Below, in pieces: positions 18,309-29,813 of a stretch of 64,000 bases of DNA. Within the stretch, counting starts at the first letter, position 1; the number at the start of each line of letters is the position of its first letter. The notes below the pieces were generated by a model. That model had not been told where the DNA came from. It saw only the letters and a program-made list of their open reading frames with translations, and ran no database searches. Source of the DNA: Mesorhizobium sp. GTDB lineage: Bacteria > Pseudomonadota > Alphaproteobacteria > Rhizobiales > Rhizobiaceae. The stretch is taken from the NCBI GenBank assembly GCA_046292285.1, contig JBKBRJ010000005.1, positions 6,537-70,536 of the forward strand, written 5' to 3'. A program made the translations under genes and the position numbers.

Positions 18309-19544
18309 GTGTCCTACGATCAGGGCATGTTGGATCGGTTTCCAGAACGCTTTGGACGGACGGGCCGGTCGGCCCGGTCGTCGGATGCGTCCGGAACAGG
18401 GACCGGCCTGTTCTGGAACGCCTACGCCTGGCTGACCAGGCCAAGGCGCGTCGACACGCCGGAAATCCGCGAACGGCTGATCCAGACAATGTTCGAACGC
18501 CGGCTCCCGGTCCTGTTCGGGCTCCTGACCTCGATCGTGACCGCCTTCGCCGCCCTGGTTCTCACGGGAGCGATCTGGCCGATTGCCTGGATCGCCGCCG
18601 AACTGCTGCTGTTCGCTGGCCGTTACCATGACATCGACGAGATCGCGGCGCGCCCGGTGCGGGAGCGGCATCGAGCCTATGCGACGCTGATCCTGTTCGG
18701 AATCGGTTGGGCGGCTACCTACGGCCTCGGACAATTCGCGTGCGCGGCGAGCGGCCATGATCTTCTCATCGTGATGGCCGCGATCAACACCGCCGGAGCG
18801 GTCGGCAACATCGCCTCGCGTAACGCCCCGCTTCCCCGGTTCGGCGTGGTCGCCATGGCTCTTTCGGGTTTGCCGTTCGGCTTCGGGCTCTTTGTCTTCG
18901 GCGCGCCGGAAATGGCGCTTGTGTTCGTCATGGGGACCATCCTGACCGGCGGCATGATGCTCGTCATGCTGCAGAACCATGAGATCATGCTGCGGATGAT
19001 CAACGCGGAATGGACCAATCACGTCGCCGCGCGCACCGACCATCTGACGGAACTGCCCAACCGGATCCATCTGGAAGAGCGCCTCGCCGCGCTCTGCGAC
19101 GATCTGGCCGGGACGACGGAAAGCCAGCCCTTCGCCGTGCTGTGCCTTGACCTCGACGGCTTCAAGGCGGTGAACGACCAGTTCGGGCACGGGGCCGGCG
19201 ACACGCTGCTGCGGGCTGTTGCCGGACGCATCACCCAGGCGATCCGCGATCGCGACATCGCCTGCCGGGTCGGCGGCGACGAATTCGTCCTGCTGCTGCC
19301 CGACACCTCGGCGGCCGAGGCATCCTTCGTCGCCTCCCGGATCATCGCCGCCATTTCCCGCCCCTACGACATCGGGATCGGCGATCTGGTCCGCATCGGC
19401 GCGAGTGTCGGGAGCGCCATCGCGTCGGAACCGGGCGAGCGACCGCAGGACCTGCTCGACCGGGCGGATCAGGCGCTCTACACCGCCAAGGCGGCCGGCA
19501 AGGGCGTGCATCGGGAAGGCCAGACGGGCACGGACCGAACCTGA
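18309..19544 (+). CDS. Membrane-anchored diguanylate cyclase (GGDEF)
   Basis: About 6 predicted TM helices, followed by DHLTELPNR...DLDGFKAVNDQFGHGAGD...RVGGDEFVLLL. Confidence 0.85.
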   Translation: MSYDQGMLDRFPERFGRTGRSARSSDASGTGTGLFWNAYAWLTRPRRVDTPEIRERLIQTMFERRLPVLFGLLTSIVTAFAALVLTGAIWPIAWIAAELLLFAGRYHDIDEIAARPVRERHRAYATLILFGIGWAATYGLGQFACAASGHDLLIVMAAINTAGAVGNIASRNAPLPRFGVVAMALSGLPFGFGLFVFGAPEMALVFVMGTILTGGMMLVMLQNHEIMLRMINAEWTNHVAARTDHLTELPNRIHLEERLAALCDDLAGTTESQPFAVLCLDLDGFKAVNDQFGHGAGDTLLRAVAGRITQAIRDRDIACRVGGDEFVLLLPDTSAAEASFVASRIIAAISRPYDIGIGDLVRIGASVGSAIASEPGERPQDLLDRADQALYTAKAAGKGVHREGQTGTDRT

Positions 19545-19551
19545 CGAAGCC

Positions 19552-20906
<1,355 letters not shown>

Positions 20907-20910
<4 letters not shown>

Positions 20911-21233
20911 GTGTCCGCTCCAATGGGTTCGAGCGGATGGCCGGCTGCTTCCCACGCCGCGAAACCGCCCACGAGATAGCGGCAATCAACGCCGAATCCC
21001 GTCAGCCGGTCCGCAACGCCCTGGCTGACTTCATGTCCATGGACGCAATAGACGACAACCGTGCGACCCAGGAGGGCGCGGCTCCAGCTGTCCACGTCGG
21101 CCGGATCGCCGCGCAGCGAACCGGGAACGGCATGGCCCGAGGCCGCGCGCGCCGGGGATTTCCTGACGTCGACCAGCAACGGAACGGGTTCGGGAATACG
21201 TCGAAGGTCTGCGAGGGTGATCGGAATCGGCAT
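20907..21233 (-). CDS. Rhodanese-domain protein (ChrE-like position upstream of chrA)
   Basis: 108 aa with an active-site loop context VVVYCVHGHEVSQG. The ATGA overlap with chrA implies translational coupling. Confidence 0.7.
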
Positions 21234-21318
21234 GACGGGCCTCCGCAACGGATGAGCGAAGGCGGACTTGGGCCGAAGCCTCAGGCGGGGAGTCCACCCA
21301 TGCCCCCGCGCCGTGACG

Positions 21319-22248
21319 CTACAGCGGCGCGTGGCGGCGATCAACCGTCATGACGGGCTCGCGTTCCCGCGCGGCGAGATAGCCGCGCGGCGAGACGCCC
21401 AGCATCTGGCGGAACATGGTGGTGAAGGCCGGGGCGCTGTCGTAGCCGAGGTCGAGCGCGACCGTGGTGACCGATACGCCCGAGGAAAGCCTCGGCAGGG
21501 CCGCGAGCAGGGTCGCCTGCCGGCGCCAGAGAGAGAGGCTGAGGCCTGTCTCGCGCTGGAAGGCGCGGGTGAAACCGCGCCGGCTCATGCCGGCCCGGTC
21601 GGCCCATTCGTCGATGGTGACATGCGGCGTCGGCGATTCGAGGAAAGCGCGGCACAGCCGCGCCAGGCGTTCATCCGAAGGCAGCGGAAGCGCGAAGGGC
21701 CGCACCGGCAGGCGGGGAATCTCGAGCAGGATGAGCCGCATGATGGCGGCCGCCCGCTCGTCGGCGCTTCCCTCCGCCTGAAGATCGACCGCCTCCACGA
21801 CGAGGCTGCGCATCAGTCCGGTCATCGCCAGGACGTGCAGCGCCGATGGCAGGTCGGACGCCGCGCCCGGCAGCACGTAGGCCGAGCGCATCCTGACCTC
21901 GCCGATCATCTCGACCGAATGCGCGACGCCGGCCGGAATCCACATCGCGTGGTCCGGCGGGACGATCCAGCGTCCTTGCGCCGTGGAAATCAGGACCACG
22001 CCGGACAGCGCGTGCAGGAGTTGCGCGCGCCGATGTGAATGCGGCGAAACCCGATGCCCGTCCGGGTAGTCGCGCGCGGTGGCGACGACGTCGCCCGTCG
22101 CCGCCTCGATCCAGTTCAGCCGTCGGCGAAGATCGTCGTCGTCCCCGCCACCGGTGATCGCAGGTCGTCGTGAAGCCAAGGCGTTCCTCCCCAATCTGGC
22201 CCACCGCCGAAGAAAATCGAGCGAACCACGAAGGACGGCCGCCGGCAA
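21319..22248 (-). CDS. AraC-family transcriptional regulator with an N-terminal cupin domain
   Basis: Cupin part (HSHRRAQLLHALSGVV...WIPAGVAHS) and a C-terminal double HTH (IDEWADRAGMSRRGFTRAFQRETG...GYDSAPAFTTMFRQMLG). Confidence 0.8.
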   Translation of the reverse strand: MPAAVLRGSLDFLRRWARLGRNALASRRPAITGGGDDDDLRRRLNWIEAATGDVVATARDYPDGHRVSPHSHRRAQLLHALSGVVLISTAQGRWIVPPDHAMWIPAGVAHSVEMIGEVRMRSAYVLPGAASDLPSALHVLAMTGLMRSLVVEAVDLQAEGSADERAAAIMRLILLEIPRLPVRPFALPLPSDERLARLCRAFLESPTPHVTIDEWADRAGMSRRGFTRAFQRETGLSLSLWRRQATLLAALPRLSSGVSVTTVALDLGYDSAPAFTTMFRQMLGVSPRGYLAAREREPVMTVDRRHAPL

Positions 22249-22286
22249 GAGGCGTAAACGGGCACGGCACAGCCGGAACCAGCATC

Positions 22287-23498
22287 TTGACCGACACCAC
22301 CATCGGCGCCGTTCGGCGTACCGCCTCCGCCACAGTCTTCCCGGTCATCTTCGCGGTGAGCCTCTGCCACCTGCTGAACGACGTGATGCAGTCGCTGCTG
22401 GCGGCGATCTATCCGATGCTGAAGGCCGATTACGCCCTCGACTTCTGGCAGATCGGGCTCCTGACCTTCACCTTCCAGGTGACCGCCTCGCTGCTGCAGC
22501 CGGCGATCGGGCTCTACACCGACAAGCGCCCCATGCCGCAGTCCCTGCCCTTCGCCATGGCCTCGACCATGGCGGGCCTGCTGCTGCTCGCCTACGCCTC
22601 CACCTATCCGCTGCTGCTTGCGGGCGCCGCGCTGATCGGCATCGGCTCGGCGATCTTCCATCCGGAAGCGTCGCGGGTTGCCCGGCTCGCCTCGGGCGGC
22701 CGCTACGGCCTGGCGCAATCGCTGTTCCAGGTGGGCGGCAATTTCGGCACGGCGATCGGGCCGCTGCTGGCCGCCTTCATCGTCGTGCCGCGCGGCCAGG
22801 CCAGCGTCGCCTGGTTCTCGCTGATGGCGCTGCTCGGCATGATCATCCTGCGCCAGGTCGGCAACTGGTACGGTCGCTACAACGCCGCCAATGCCGGCCG
22901 GCCGGCCGCGAGCAGGACGCTGCCGATCTCGCGCAACCGGGTCGTGATGGCGATCGTGGTCCTCGCCCTTCTGATGTTCAGCAAGAACACCTATACGGCA
23001 TCGATCACCAGCTCCTACACCTTCGTCCTGATCGAACGCTTCGACGTCTCGGTGCAGCAGTCGCAGATGATGCTGTTCCTGTTTCTCGGCGCCATGGCGC
23101 TGGGCACGGTTCTGGGCGGGCCGGTGGGCGACCGTTTCGGCTCGAAGACGGTGATCTGGTTCTCGATCCTCGGCGTGCTGCCGTTCACGCTCGCCCTGCC
23201 CTATGCGGACCTCTTCTGGAGCGGCGTGCTGACCGTCATCATCGGCGTGGTCCTTGCCTCGGCCTTCCCCGCCATCGTGGTCTTCGCGCAGGAACTGGTG
23301 CCCGGTCGGGTCGGCATGATCGCCGGCATCTTCTTCGGCATGGCCTTCGGCATCGGCGGCATCGCGGCGGCCGTGCTCGGCGTGCTGGCCGACGCCAGGG
23401 GCATCGAGTTCGTGTTCTGGATCTGCTCGCTCCTGCCCTTCCTCGGTTTGCTGACCGTATTCCTGCCGTCGATGAAGGAACTCCGGTCAGGCGGCTGA
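22287..23498 (+). CDS. MFS transporter (Fsr/fosmidomycin-resistance-like family)
   Basis: 12-TM MFS protein with the CHLLNDVMQSLL motif typical of the Fsr subgroup. The start is placed at an in-frame TTG (22287) to avoid overlapping the divergent AraC gene. The longest ORF begins at 22170. Confidence 0.75.
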   Translation: MTDTTIGAVRRTASATVFPVIFAVSLCHLLNDVMQSLLAAIYPMLKADYALDFWQIGLLTFTFQVTASLLQPAIGLYTDKRPMPQSLPFAMASTMAGLLLLAYASTYPLLLAGAALIGIGSAIFHPEASRVARLASGGRYGLAQSLFQVGGNFGTAIGPLLAAFIVVPRGQASVAWFSLMALLGMIILRQVGNWYGRYNAANAGRPAASRTLPISRNRVVMAIVVLALLMFSKNTYTASITSSYTFVLIERFDVSVQQSQMMLFLFLGAMALGTVLGGPVGDRFGSKTVIWFSILGVLPFTLALPYADLFWSGVLTVIIGVVLASAFPAIVVFAQELVPGRVGMIAGIFFGMAFGIGGIAAAVLGVLADARGIEFVFWICSLLPFLGLLTVFLPSMKELRSGG

Positions 23499-23526
23499 GC
23501 GCGTCGTCGGCCGTGTAAGCTTCCCG

Positions 23527-23925
23527 CTACCGGCCCGGATACTGGTCGTCGGTCACCGGTTCCATCCAGTCGACGTGCCTCCCGTCGAGCGCCTCGTGGA
23601 TGGCGATGTGCGTCATGGCCGTCTCGGGTCCGGCGCCATGCCAGTGCTTCTCGCCGGGCGCGATCCAAAGCGTATCGCCGGGCCTGAGTTCGATCACCGG
23701 CTCGCCGAGTTTCTGCGCCAGGCCGAAGCCTGAGACGACGTGGAGCGTCTGGCCGAGCGGGTGCGTGTGCCAGTTGGTGCGAGCGCCGGGCTCGAAATGG
23801 ACCAAAACGGCCCTGACGCGGGCCGGATCAGGGGCCTCGACGATCGGATCCTGCCAGACCGATCCGGTGAACCAGTCCGGCGAAGCCTTCCGGCTCGGCC
23901 GCTGTGCGCTGGTGAAATGCTGCAT
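23527..23925 (-). CDS. Cupin-domain protein
   Basis: 132 aa: DWFTGSVWQD...FEPGARTNWHTHPLGQTLHV...GDTLWIAPGEKHWHGA. Confidence 0.75.
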   Translation of the reverse strand: MQHFTSAQRPSRKASPDWFTGSVWQDPIVEAPDPARVRAVLVHFEPGARTNWHTHPLGQTLHVVSGFGLAQKLGEPVIELRPGDTLWIAPGEKHWHGAGPETAMTHIAIHEALDGRHVDWMEPVTDDQYPGR

Positions 23926-23974
23926 GGCGCTCTCCTCGCTCCTGCCGGCAGGGGATTGCAAACGCCGGCCTCCG

Positions 23975-24676
23975 TCAAGCGCGTCTTTCGGCAGCCGCGG
24001 GCTCGGCCTTCGCGGATGGTTCGGCCGATTGCGAATAGTGGATCTCGTCCGGCGCGTTGGAGCCCCCGGTGATGACGAAGGACATGGCCTGGTCGAAGGT
24101 CCAGTCCGTGAAGGTTACCTTGTCGATCGGGACGATCTCGATGTAGCCATTGGTCGGATTGGGGGCCGTCGGCACGTAGACGGCGGCCAGTTCATCACCG
24201 GTCGTGGCATCGCGCAGCGTGCGCGTGACGATGCCGATCGCCTTCATGTCGCGGGACGGGAAATCGATCAGCACCACCCTCTGGCTGCCCTCCCCGGACG
24301 GGCCGCTGATGGCCAGGAACCGCTTCGTCGCGCGATAGATGGCCTCCACGAAGGGGATCGCCCCGACCGCCTTCTCGAACAGGTGGATAAGGCGCTGCCC
24401 GACGACGCGCCCGGCGCCCCAGCCGAGAAGGTAGAGGAAGGCCAGCACGATCAGGACGGCGGCGACGGATTGCAGGGTGTCGTTGAGCAGCAGATCAGCC
24501 ATGCCGGGATTGGTTGCGCGCAATCCACGCGCCACGCCCCTGATCCACGGTTCGCCGAAGCTCGACAGCATCTGGAAGAGGAAGCGGACGATCACGTAGG
24601 TAATGAGGAGCGGCGCGGCGGTAAGCAGCCCGATGAGGATCGTGCGTCCGATCGGCTTCAAGGACATGGCCTCCAT
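23975..24676 (-). CDS. DUF502-family membrane protein
   Basis: Two N-terminal TM helices, then a ...IPFVEAIYRATKRF...VLIDFPS...GIVT...VYVPTAPNPTNGY pattern. Confidence 0.75.
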   Translation of the reverse strand: MEAMSLKPIGRTILIGLLTAAPLLITYVIVRFLFQMLSSFGEPWIRGVARGLRATNPGMADLLLNDTLQSVAAVLIVLAFLYLLGWGAGRVVGQRLIHLFEKAVGAIPFVEAIYRATKRFLAISGPSGEGSQRVVLIDFPSRDMKAIGIVTRTLRDATTGDELAAVYVPTAPNPTNGYIEIVPIDKVTFTDWTFDQAMSFVITGGSNAPDEIHYSQSAEPSAKAEPAAAERRA

Positions 24677-24798
24677 GGCAGGTGGAAGAACGGGTGCGAT
24701 CTCGACAATCTAGCGGAGCCTTGATCGCCGGAGTACCCCTTGCGTGGCATACGCGCGAGCGCCTTCCGGGTTCCGGCGGCATCCGCGGAATTGCCCAA

Positions 24799-24827
24799 CT
24801 TGCGCTCCGCCGGCCCTTCGGCTATAG
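24799..24827 (+). promoter_or_regulatory. Putative sigma-70 promoter of rplY-pth
   Basis: CTTGCG-N17-CTATAG, about 125 nt upstream of the rplY ATG. Confidence 0.4.
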
Positions 24828-24952
24828 GACCGCCACCCGCGTAGACACCCTTGGAGGCAACGCGGCGGAGGGCCGCCCCACCAGGCGGCTTTCGACGTTT
24901 GAGGTCGGCTTGGCCGGCCCCAGGCGCTCCAGCAACACCGAAAGGAAATGCC

Positions 24953-25567
24953 ATGAGCCAGCAGGCTTACGAGCTGAAGGCCGAGGCGCGCGAACGGGTC
25001 GGTAAGGGGTCCGCCCGGGAAGTTCGCCGCAACGGTAAGGTTCCCGCCGTGATCTACGGCGGCAAGCAGCCCCCCGTCGCCATCGCCCTGTCCTACAAGG
25101 ACGTCTACATGAAGATCCACGGCGGCGGCTTCCTGACCACCGTCGCGACGATCGACGTGAACGGCGAGAAGATCCAGGTCCTGCCGAAGGACTTCCAGCT
25201 GGATCCGGTCAAGGACTTCCCGATGCACGTCGACTTCCTGCGCATCGACCGCGACTCCGTCGTGACCGTCGAAGTGCCGGTTCACTTCATCAACGAGGAA
25301 AAGAGCCCCGGCCTCAAGCGCGGCGGCGTGCTGAACATCGTCCGCCACGAGGTCGAGTTCATCTGTCCGGCCAATGCGATCCCCGAATCCATCACCGTCG
25401 ACCTCGACGGCGCGGACCTCGGCGATTCCATCCACATTTCGGCGGTCAAGCTGCCGCAAGGCGTCAAGCCGACCATCGCCGACCGCGACTTCACCATCGC
25501 AACGATCGCTGCGCCCGCCGGCCTGCGCTCGGAATCCGAGGGCGAGGCGTCCGAGGGCGGCGAGTAA
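24953..25567 (+). CDS. rplY: 50S ribosomal protein L25 / general stress protein Ctc
   Basis: [29 protein letters not shown]... with an acidic C-terminal tail. AAAGGAAA SD upstream. Confidence 0.9.
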   Translation: MSQQAYELKAEARERVGKGSAREVRRNGKVPAVIYGGKQPPVAIALSYKDVYMKIHGGGFLTTVATIDVNGEKIQVLPKDFQLDPVKDFPMHVDFLRIDRDSVVTVEVPVHFINEEKSPGLKRGGVLNIVRHEVEFICPANAIPESITVDLDGADLGDSIHISAVKLPQGVKPTIADRDFTIATIAAPAGLRSESEGEASEGGE

Positions 25568-25591
25568 TCCCGCGACCGGGAGGGCTGACCC

Positions 25592-26317
<726 letters not shown>

Positions 26318-26402
26318 TCCACCGCTCCGACCGGACTGGTGGCCCAAGCGTCATCCGTCACGATGCGCGGCACAAAAGGCGTGTCCGCGCGTTTGTGCCG
26401 TC

Positions 26403-27005
26403 ATGGCCAAATCCTCGAAACGACCCTCCGACCCCCACGCACTGCGTACGCTCGTCGACAATCTCCGAAAGGCAGGCAACGGCGATGACGAGGTGCGGGT
26501 CGCCGACATCGTCGAGGCCATCGGCGACGAGGGGCTGGGCGCGTTGATTCTGGTCCCTGCCCTCATCATGATCACGCCGGCATCCGGCATCCCCGGCCTG
26601 TCCACGGCAGGCGCACTGGTCATCCTGCTGGCATCCGTCCAGATGGCCGCCGGGCGGGAGTCGATCTGGCTGCCCGAGTTCATCCGGCGGCGCACGATGG
26701 CCAAGTCCAAGCTCGACACCGCGATCGGCTGGATCGTGGCGCCGATGCGCTGGATCGACAAGGTGACGCGCCGTCGCCTGACCATGCTCGTGAAACGGCC
26801 GCTCAACCTCCTTCCGCTGGCCATCTGCATCGGTATCGCCTGCGCCGTGCCCGTTCTCGAATTCATTCCGTTCTCGGCCTCGCTCGCCGCCTGCGCCATC
26901 GCCTTCTTCGGGCTGGGCTTCGTCGCCGAGGACGGGTTGCTCGTCGCCATCGGACTGGCGATTGCGGCGGGCGTCGGCTGGTTCGCGTGGACCATGGCGG
27001 CATAG
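26403..27005 (+). CDS. exoD: ExoD-family exopolysaccharide synthesis membrane protein
   Basis: Typical ExoD layout: hydrophilic N-terminus, then LILVPALIMITPASGIPG...WLPEFIRRR... Confidence 0.75.
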   Translation: MAKSSKRPSDPHALRTLVDNLRKAGNGDDEVRVADIVEAIGDEGLGALILVPALIMITPASGIPGLSTAGALVILLASVQMAAGRESIWLPEFIRRRTMAKSKLDTAIGWIVAPMRWIDKVTRRRLTMLVKRPLNLLPLAICIGIACAVPVLEFIPFSASLAACAIAFFGLGFVAEDGLLVAIGLAIAAGVGWFAWTMAA

Positions 27006-27035
27006 CGATCGCCGCACCTCGCGCGTTGACACGGG

Positions 27036-27086
27036 ATCACGAAAACACGATATCACGGGAACACAGGAATCTCGTGTTTTCGTGAG
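27036..27086. promoter_or_regulatory. Operator-like long inverted repeat flanking the RHH-PIN promoter
   Basis: ATCACGAAAACACGA (27036..27050) and TCGTGTTTTCGTGAG (27072..27086) match at 14 of 15 positions as an inverted repeat. Extra ATCACG/CGTGAT half-sites lie at 27052 and 27089. A TTGACA -35-like hexamer sits at 27026. Confidence 0.5.
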
Positions 27087-27089
27087 ATC

Positions 27090-27341
27090 GTGATGAAGAA
27101 CGTCACCGTTTCCATGGACGACAGACTGGCCCAAGAGGTGAGGGTCGAGGCCGCGAAGGCCGGCAAATCCATGTCCAGGTACATTTCGGAAGTGGTCGAG
27201 GCTGCGGTTCGAGCGTCGGCTGCGGGCGAAGGCCGCAACCGGCAACTGGAAGCGATCGAGGCCATCCTGTCCGGCCCCAAATGGAACATTACGGAAAACG
27301 GAAGGATGCCGACGGCGGACGAGCGCAATGCCCGTCGCTGA
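27090..27341 (+). CDS. Ribbon-helix-helix (CopG-like) antitoxin
   Basis: The N-terminus VTVSMDDRLAQEVRVEAAKAGKSMSRYISEVV is a classic RHH. It overlaps the PIN gene by 14 nt. The start may be the ATG at 27093. Confidence 0.75.
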   Translation: MMKNVTVSMDDRLAQEVRVEAAKAGKSMSRYISEVVEAAVRASAAGEGRNRQLEAIEAILSGPKWNITENGRMPTADERNARR

Positions 27342-27774
27342 GGTATTCGTCGATACAAACGTACTTCTGTACATGCATGATGCCCGGAACCCCGAAAAGC
27401 GGGGCGTCGCATCGCGGTGGCTTCACCGCCTTGCGCGGGACCAGCGCGCCCGCGTCAATCTTCAGGTTCTAAACGAACTTGCCTCCGTCCTCGAGCGCAA
27501 GCGCTGGTTCGATACCTATGATGACGTTGTTCGCATCGTCGATCACTTCGCGGCGCTCGGCTCCAGCCCCATCACGCTGAAGACCGTCGAAACGGCTCGG
27601 GCGATCAAGCGCGCCAACGGGTTTTCGTGGTGGGATTGCCTGCTTTTGGGCTCGGCGCTTGAACTCGGGTGTAGCCATTTCCTCTCCGAGGATTTACATG
27701 ACGGCCAGCAAATCGGCGGCATGATGGTCGTCAATCCATTCCTCCACGATCCGGCCGATGTCCTCGGCCCTTAG
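27328..27774 (+). CDS. PIN-domain toxin (VapC-like)
   Basis: FVDTNVLLY ... NELASVL ... WWDCLLLGSA ... SEDL acidic PIN residues. Confidence 0.8.
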   Translation: MPVAEVFVDTNVLLYMHDARNPEKRGVASRWLHRLARDQRARVNLQVLNELASVLERKRWFDTYDDVVRIVDHFAALGSSPITLKTVETARAIKRANGFSWWDCLLLGSALELGCSHFLSEDLHDGQQIGGMMVVNPFLHDPADVLGP

Positions 27775-27788
27775 GAGAGTTCATACCC

Positions 27789-28892
27789 ATGGGCTTCAAA
27801 TGCGGCATCGTTGGGCTTCCCAACGTGGGCAAGTCGACCTTGTTCAATGCGCTCACCCGGACGGCCGCCGCGCAGGCCGCGAACTATCCCTTCTGCACCA
27901 TCGAGCCGAACACCGGCGAGGTGGCCGTGCCCGATCCGCGGCTGAGGAAGCTCGCCGCCGCCGGCAAGTCGAAGGAGATCATCCCGACCCGCATCTCCTT
28001 CGTCGACATCGCCGGCCTCGTGCGCGGGGCGTCGAAGGGTGAGGGTCTCGGCAACCAGTTCCTCGCCAACATCCGCGAGGTCGATGCCATCGTCCACGTG
28101 CTGCGCTGCTTCGAGAATGACGACATCACCCATGTCGAGGGCCGCATCGACCCGGTGGCCGACGCCGAGACCGTCGAGACCGAGCTGATGCTGGCCGATC
28201 TCGACAGCCTCGAACGGCGCATCGTCCAGTTCCGCAAGCGCGCCAGCGTCAAGGACAAGGAAGCGCTGACCATCCTGCCGGTGATGGAACAGGCGCTCGC
28301 GCTGCTCAACGATGGCAAGCCGGTGCGCCTGCTCCTCGGCAAGCTGGCGCCGGACGAACTCGAGATCCTGCAGTCGCTGAATCTCTTGACCTCTCACCCC
28401 GTTCTCTACGTCTGCAACGTCTCGGAGGCCGACGCCGCCAAGGGCAACGAACACACCGCGGCCGTCGAGAAGATGGCAGCCGCGCAGGGTGCAGGCACCA
28501 TCATCATTTCCGCCGCGATCGAGGCGGAGGTGGCGCAGCTCCCCGACGAGGAGGCGCAGGAATTCCTGGCCGATCTCGGGCTCGAGGAGCCGGGCCTGGA
28601 CCGGCTGATCCGCGCCGGCTACGACCTGCTGCACCTGATCACCTACTTCACCGTCGGCCCCAAGGAAACGCGCGCCTGGACCATCCGCAAGGGCACCAAG
28701 GCCCCGCAGGCGGCCGGCGTCATCCACACCGATTTCGAGAAGGGCTTCATCCGGGCGCAGACCATCGCCTATGACGATTTCGTCACGCTTGGCGGCGAAG
28801 TCCCGGCCAAGGAAGCCGGCAAGGCGCGCGACGAAGGCAAGGACTACGTCGTCCAGGATGGCGACGTGCTGCTGTTCAAGTTCAACGTCTGA
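27789..28892 (+). CDS. ychF: Redox-regulated ATPase YchF
   Basis: GIVGLPNVGKSTLFNALT, DIAGLVRGASKGEGLGNQFL and the C-terminal TGS-like end (DGDVLLFKFNV). Confidence 0.93.
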   Translation: MGFKCGIVGLPNVGKSTLFNALTRTAAAQAANYPFCTIEPNTGEVAVPDPRLRKLAAAGKSKEIIPTRISFVDIAGLVRGASKGEGLGNQFLANIREVDAIVHVLRCFENDDITHVEGRIDPVADAETVETELMLADLDSLERRIVQFRKRASVKDKEALTILPVMEQALALLNDGKPVRLLLGKLAPDELEILQSLNLLTSHPVLYVCNVSEADAAKGNEHTAAVEKMAAAQGAGTIIISAAIEAEVAQLPDEEAQEFLADLGLEEPGLDRLIRAGYDLLHLITYFTVGPKETRAWTIRKGTKAPQAAGVIHTDFEKGFIRAQTIAYDDFVTLGGEVPAKEAGKARDEGKDYVVQDGDVLLFKFNV

Positions 28893-28970
28893 CGAGGCGG
28901 CGGCAGGGCCGCCGCCCGCCCGCCCGCGGATCGCGCCGGCCGGCCACCAGCAAGGCTGCGGAGTCGCGGC

Positions 28971-29177
28971 TCAGGCCCGCTTGGCCGGGCAGGTCGAGAG
29001 ACCGAGCACCGTGTAGAGCGGGCACCAGCCGATCAGTCCGGTGGCGAGCGGCACCACGCCGATCAGGCTCCAGTAGCGCCAAGACGCATCCGGATAGAGA
29101 AAGAAGAGCGAGAGCAGCACGAGACCGGCAATGACGCGGAGCGCCCGGTCGATCGTACCTTCGTTGGTCTTGAACAT
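28971..29177 (-). CDS. DUF2892 (YgaP-like) small membrane protein
   Basis: 68 aa: NEGTIDRALRVIAGLVLL...GWCPLYTVLGLSTC. Start re-set to the internal ATG. Confidence 0.7.
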   Translation of the reverse strand: MFKTNEGTIDRALRVIAGLVLLSLFFLYPDASWRYWSLIGVVPLATGLIGWCPLYTVLGLSTCPAKRA

Positions 29178-29345
29178 GGTATGGTCTCCCTGGTCATGCG
29201 GTCCAACGCGGCGGATTGCGCGACCGCCAGTCAGACTACTCCTGTTCGCGGCCCTTGTCATGGACGTCGTCGAAACCCGCCGACAGGCTTGCGCTTGCCC
29301 TGGAAACCGGCGAGAAACCGTTCGGCTTTGAACAAGGTGCGCCGG

Positions 29346-29813
29346 ATGACGGACAGGACATGGGCCTTCGAGGATTTCGAGGTCGGACGGATCATCGATC
29401 TCGGGCCGCGCAGGGTGGAAGCGGCCGAGATGGTCGAATTCGCCGCGGAGTTCGACCCGCAGCCCATGCATCTCGACGAAGACGCCGGCAAGGCCAGCAT
29501 CCTCGGCGGCCTCGCGGCGTCCGGCCTGTTCACCGCCGGCATCTTCATGCGGATGATGTGCGACGCCTACCTGCTGGATTCCACGTCGCAGGGATCGCCC
29601 GGGGTCGACTACCTGAACTTTCGCCGGCCGCTGATCGCCGGCGACACGCTGACCGGCCGCACGACGGTGCTCTCGCGGCGCGTTTCGGCCTCGAAACCGG
29701 GCCTCGGCTTCGTTTCCGTGCGACACGAACTCTTCAACCAGCGCGGCGAACTCGTCTGCGAAATGGCCAACACCGGCATGTTCCTTTTGCGCAATTCCGG
29801 AGCGTCGGCATGA
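29346..29813 (+). CDS. MaoC-like (hot-dog fold) dehydratase subunit
   Basis: 155 aa with FAAEFDPQPMHLDEDAGKASILGGLAASG. The stop overlaps the next start (ATGA). Confidence 0.8.
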   Translation: MTDRTWAFEDFEVGRIIDLGPRRVEAAEMVEFAAEFDPQPMHLDEDAGKASILGGLAASGLFTAGIFMRMMCDAYLLDSTSQGSPGVDYLNFRRPLIAGDTLTGRTTVLSRRVSASKPGLGFVSVRHELFNQRGELVCEMANTGMFLLRNSGASA

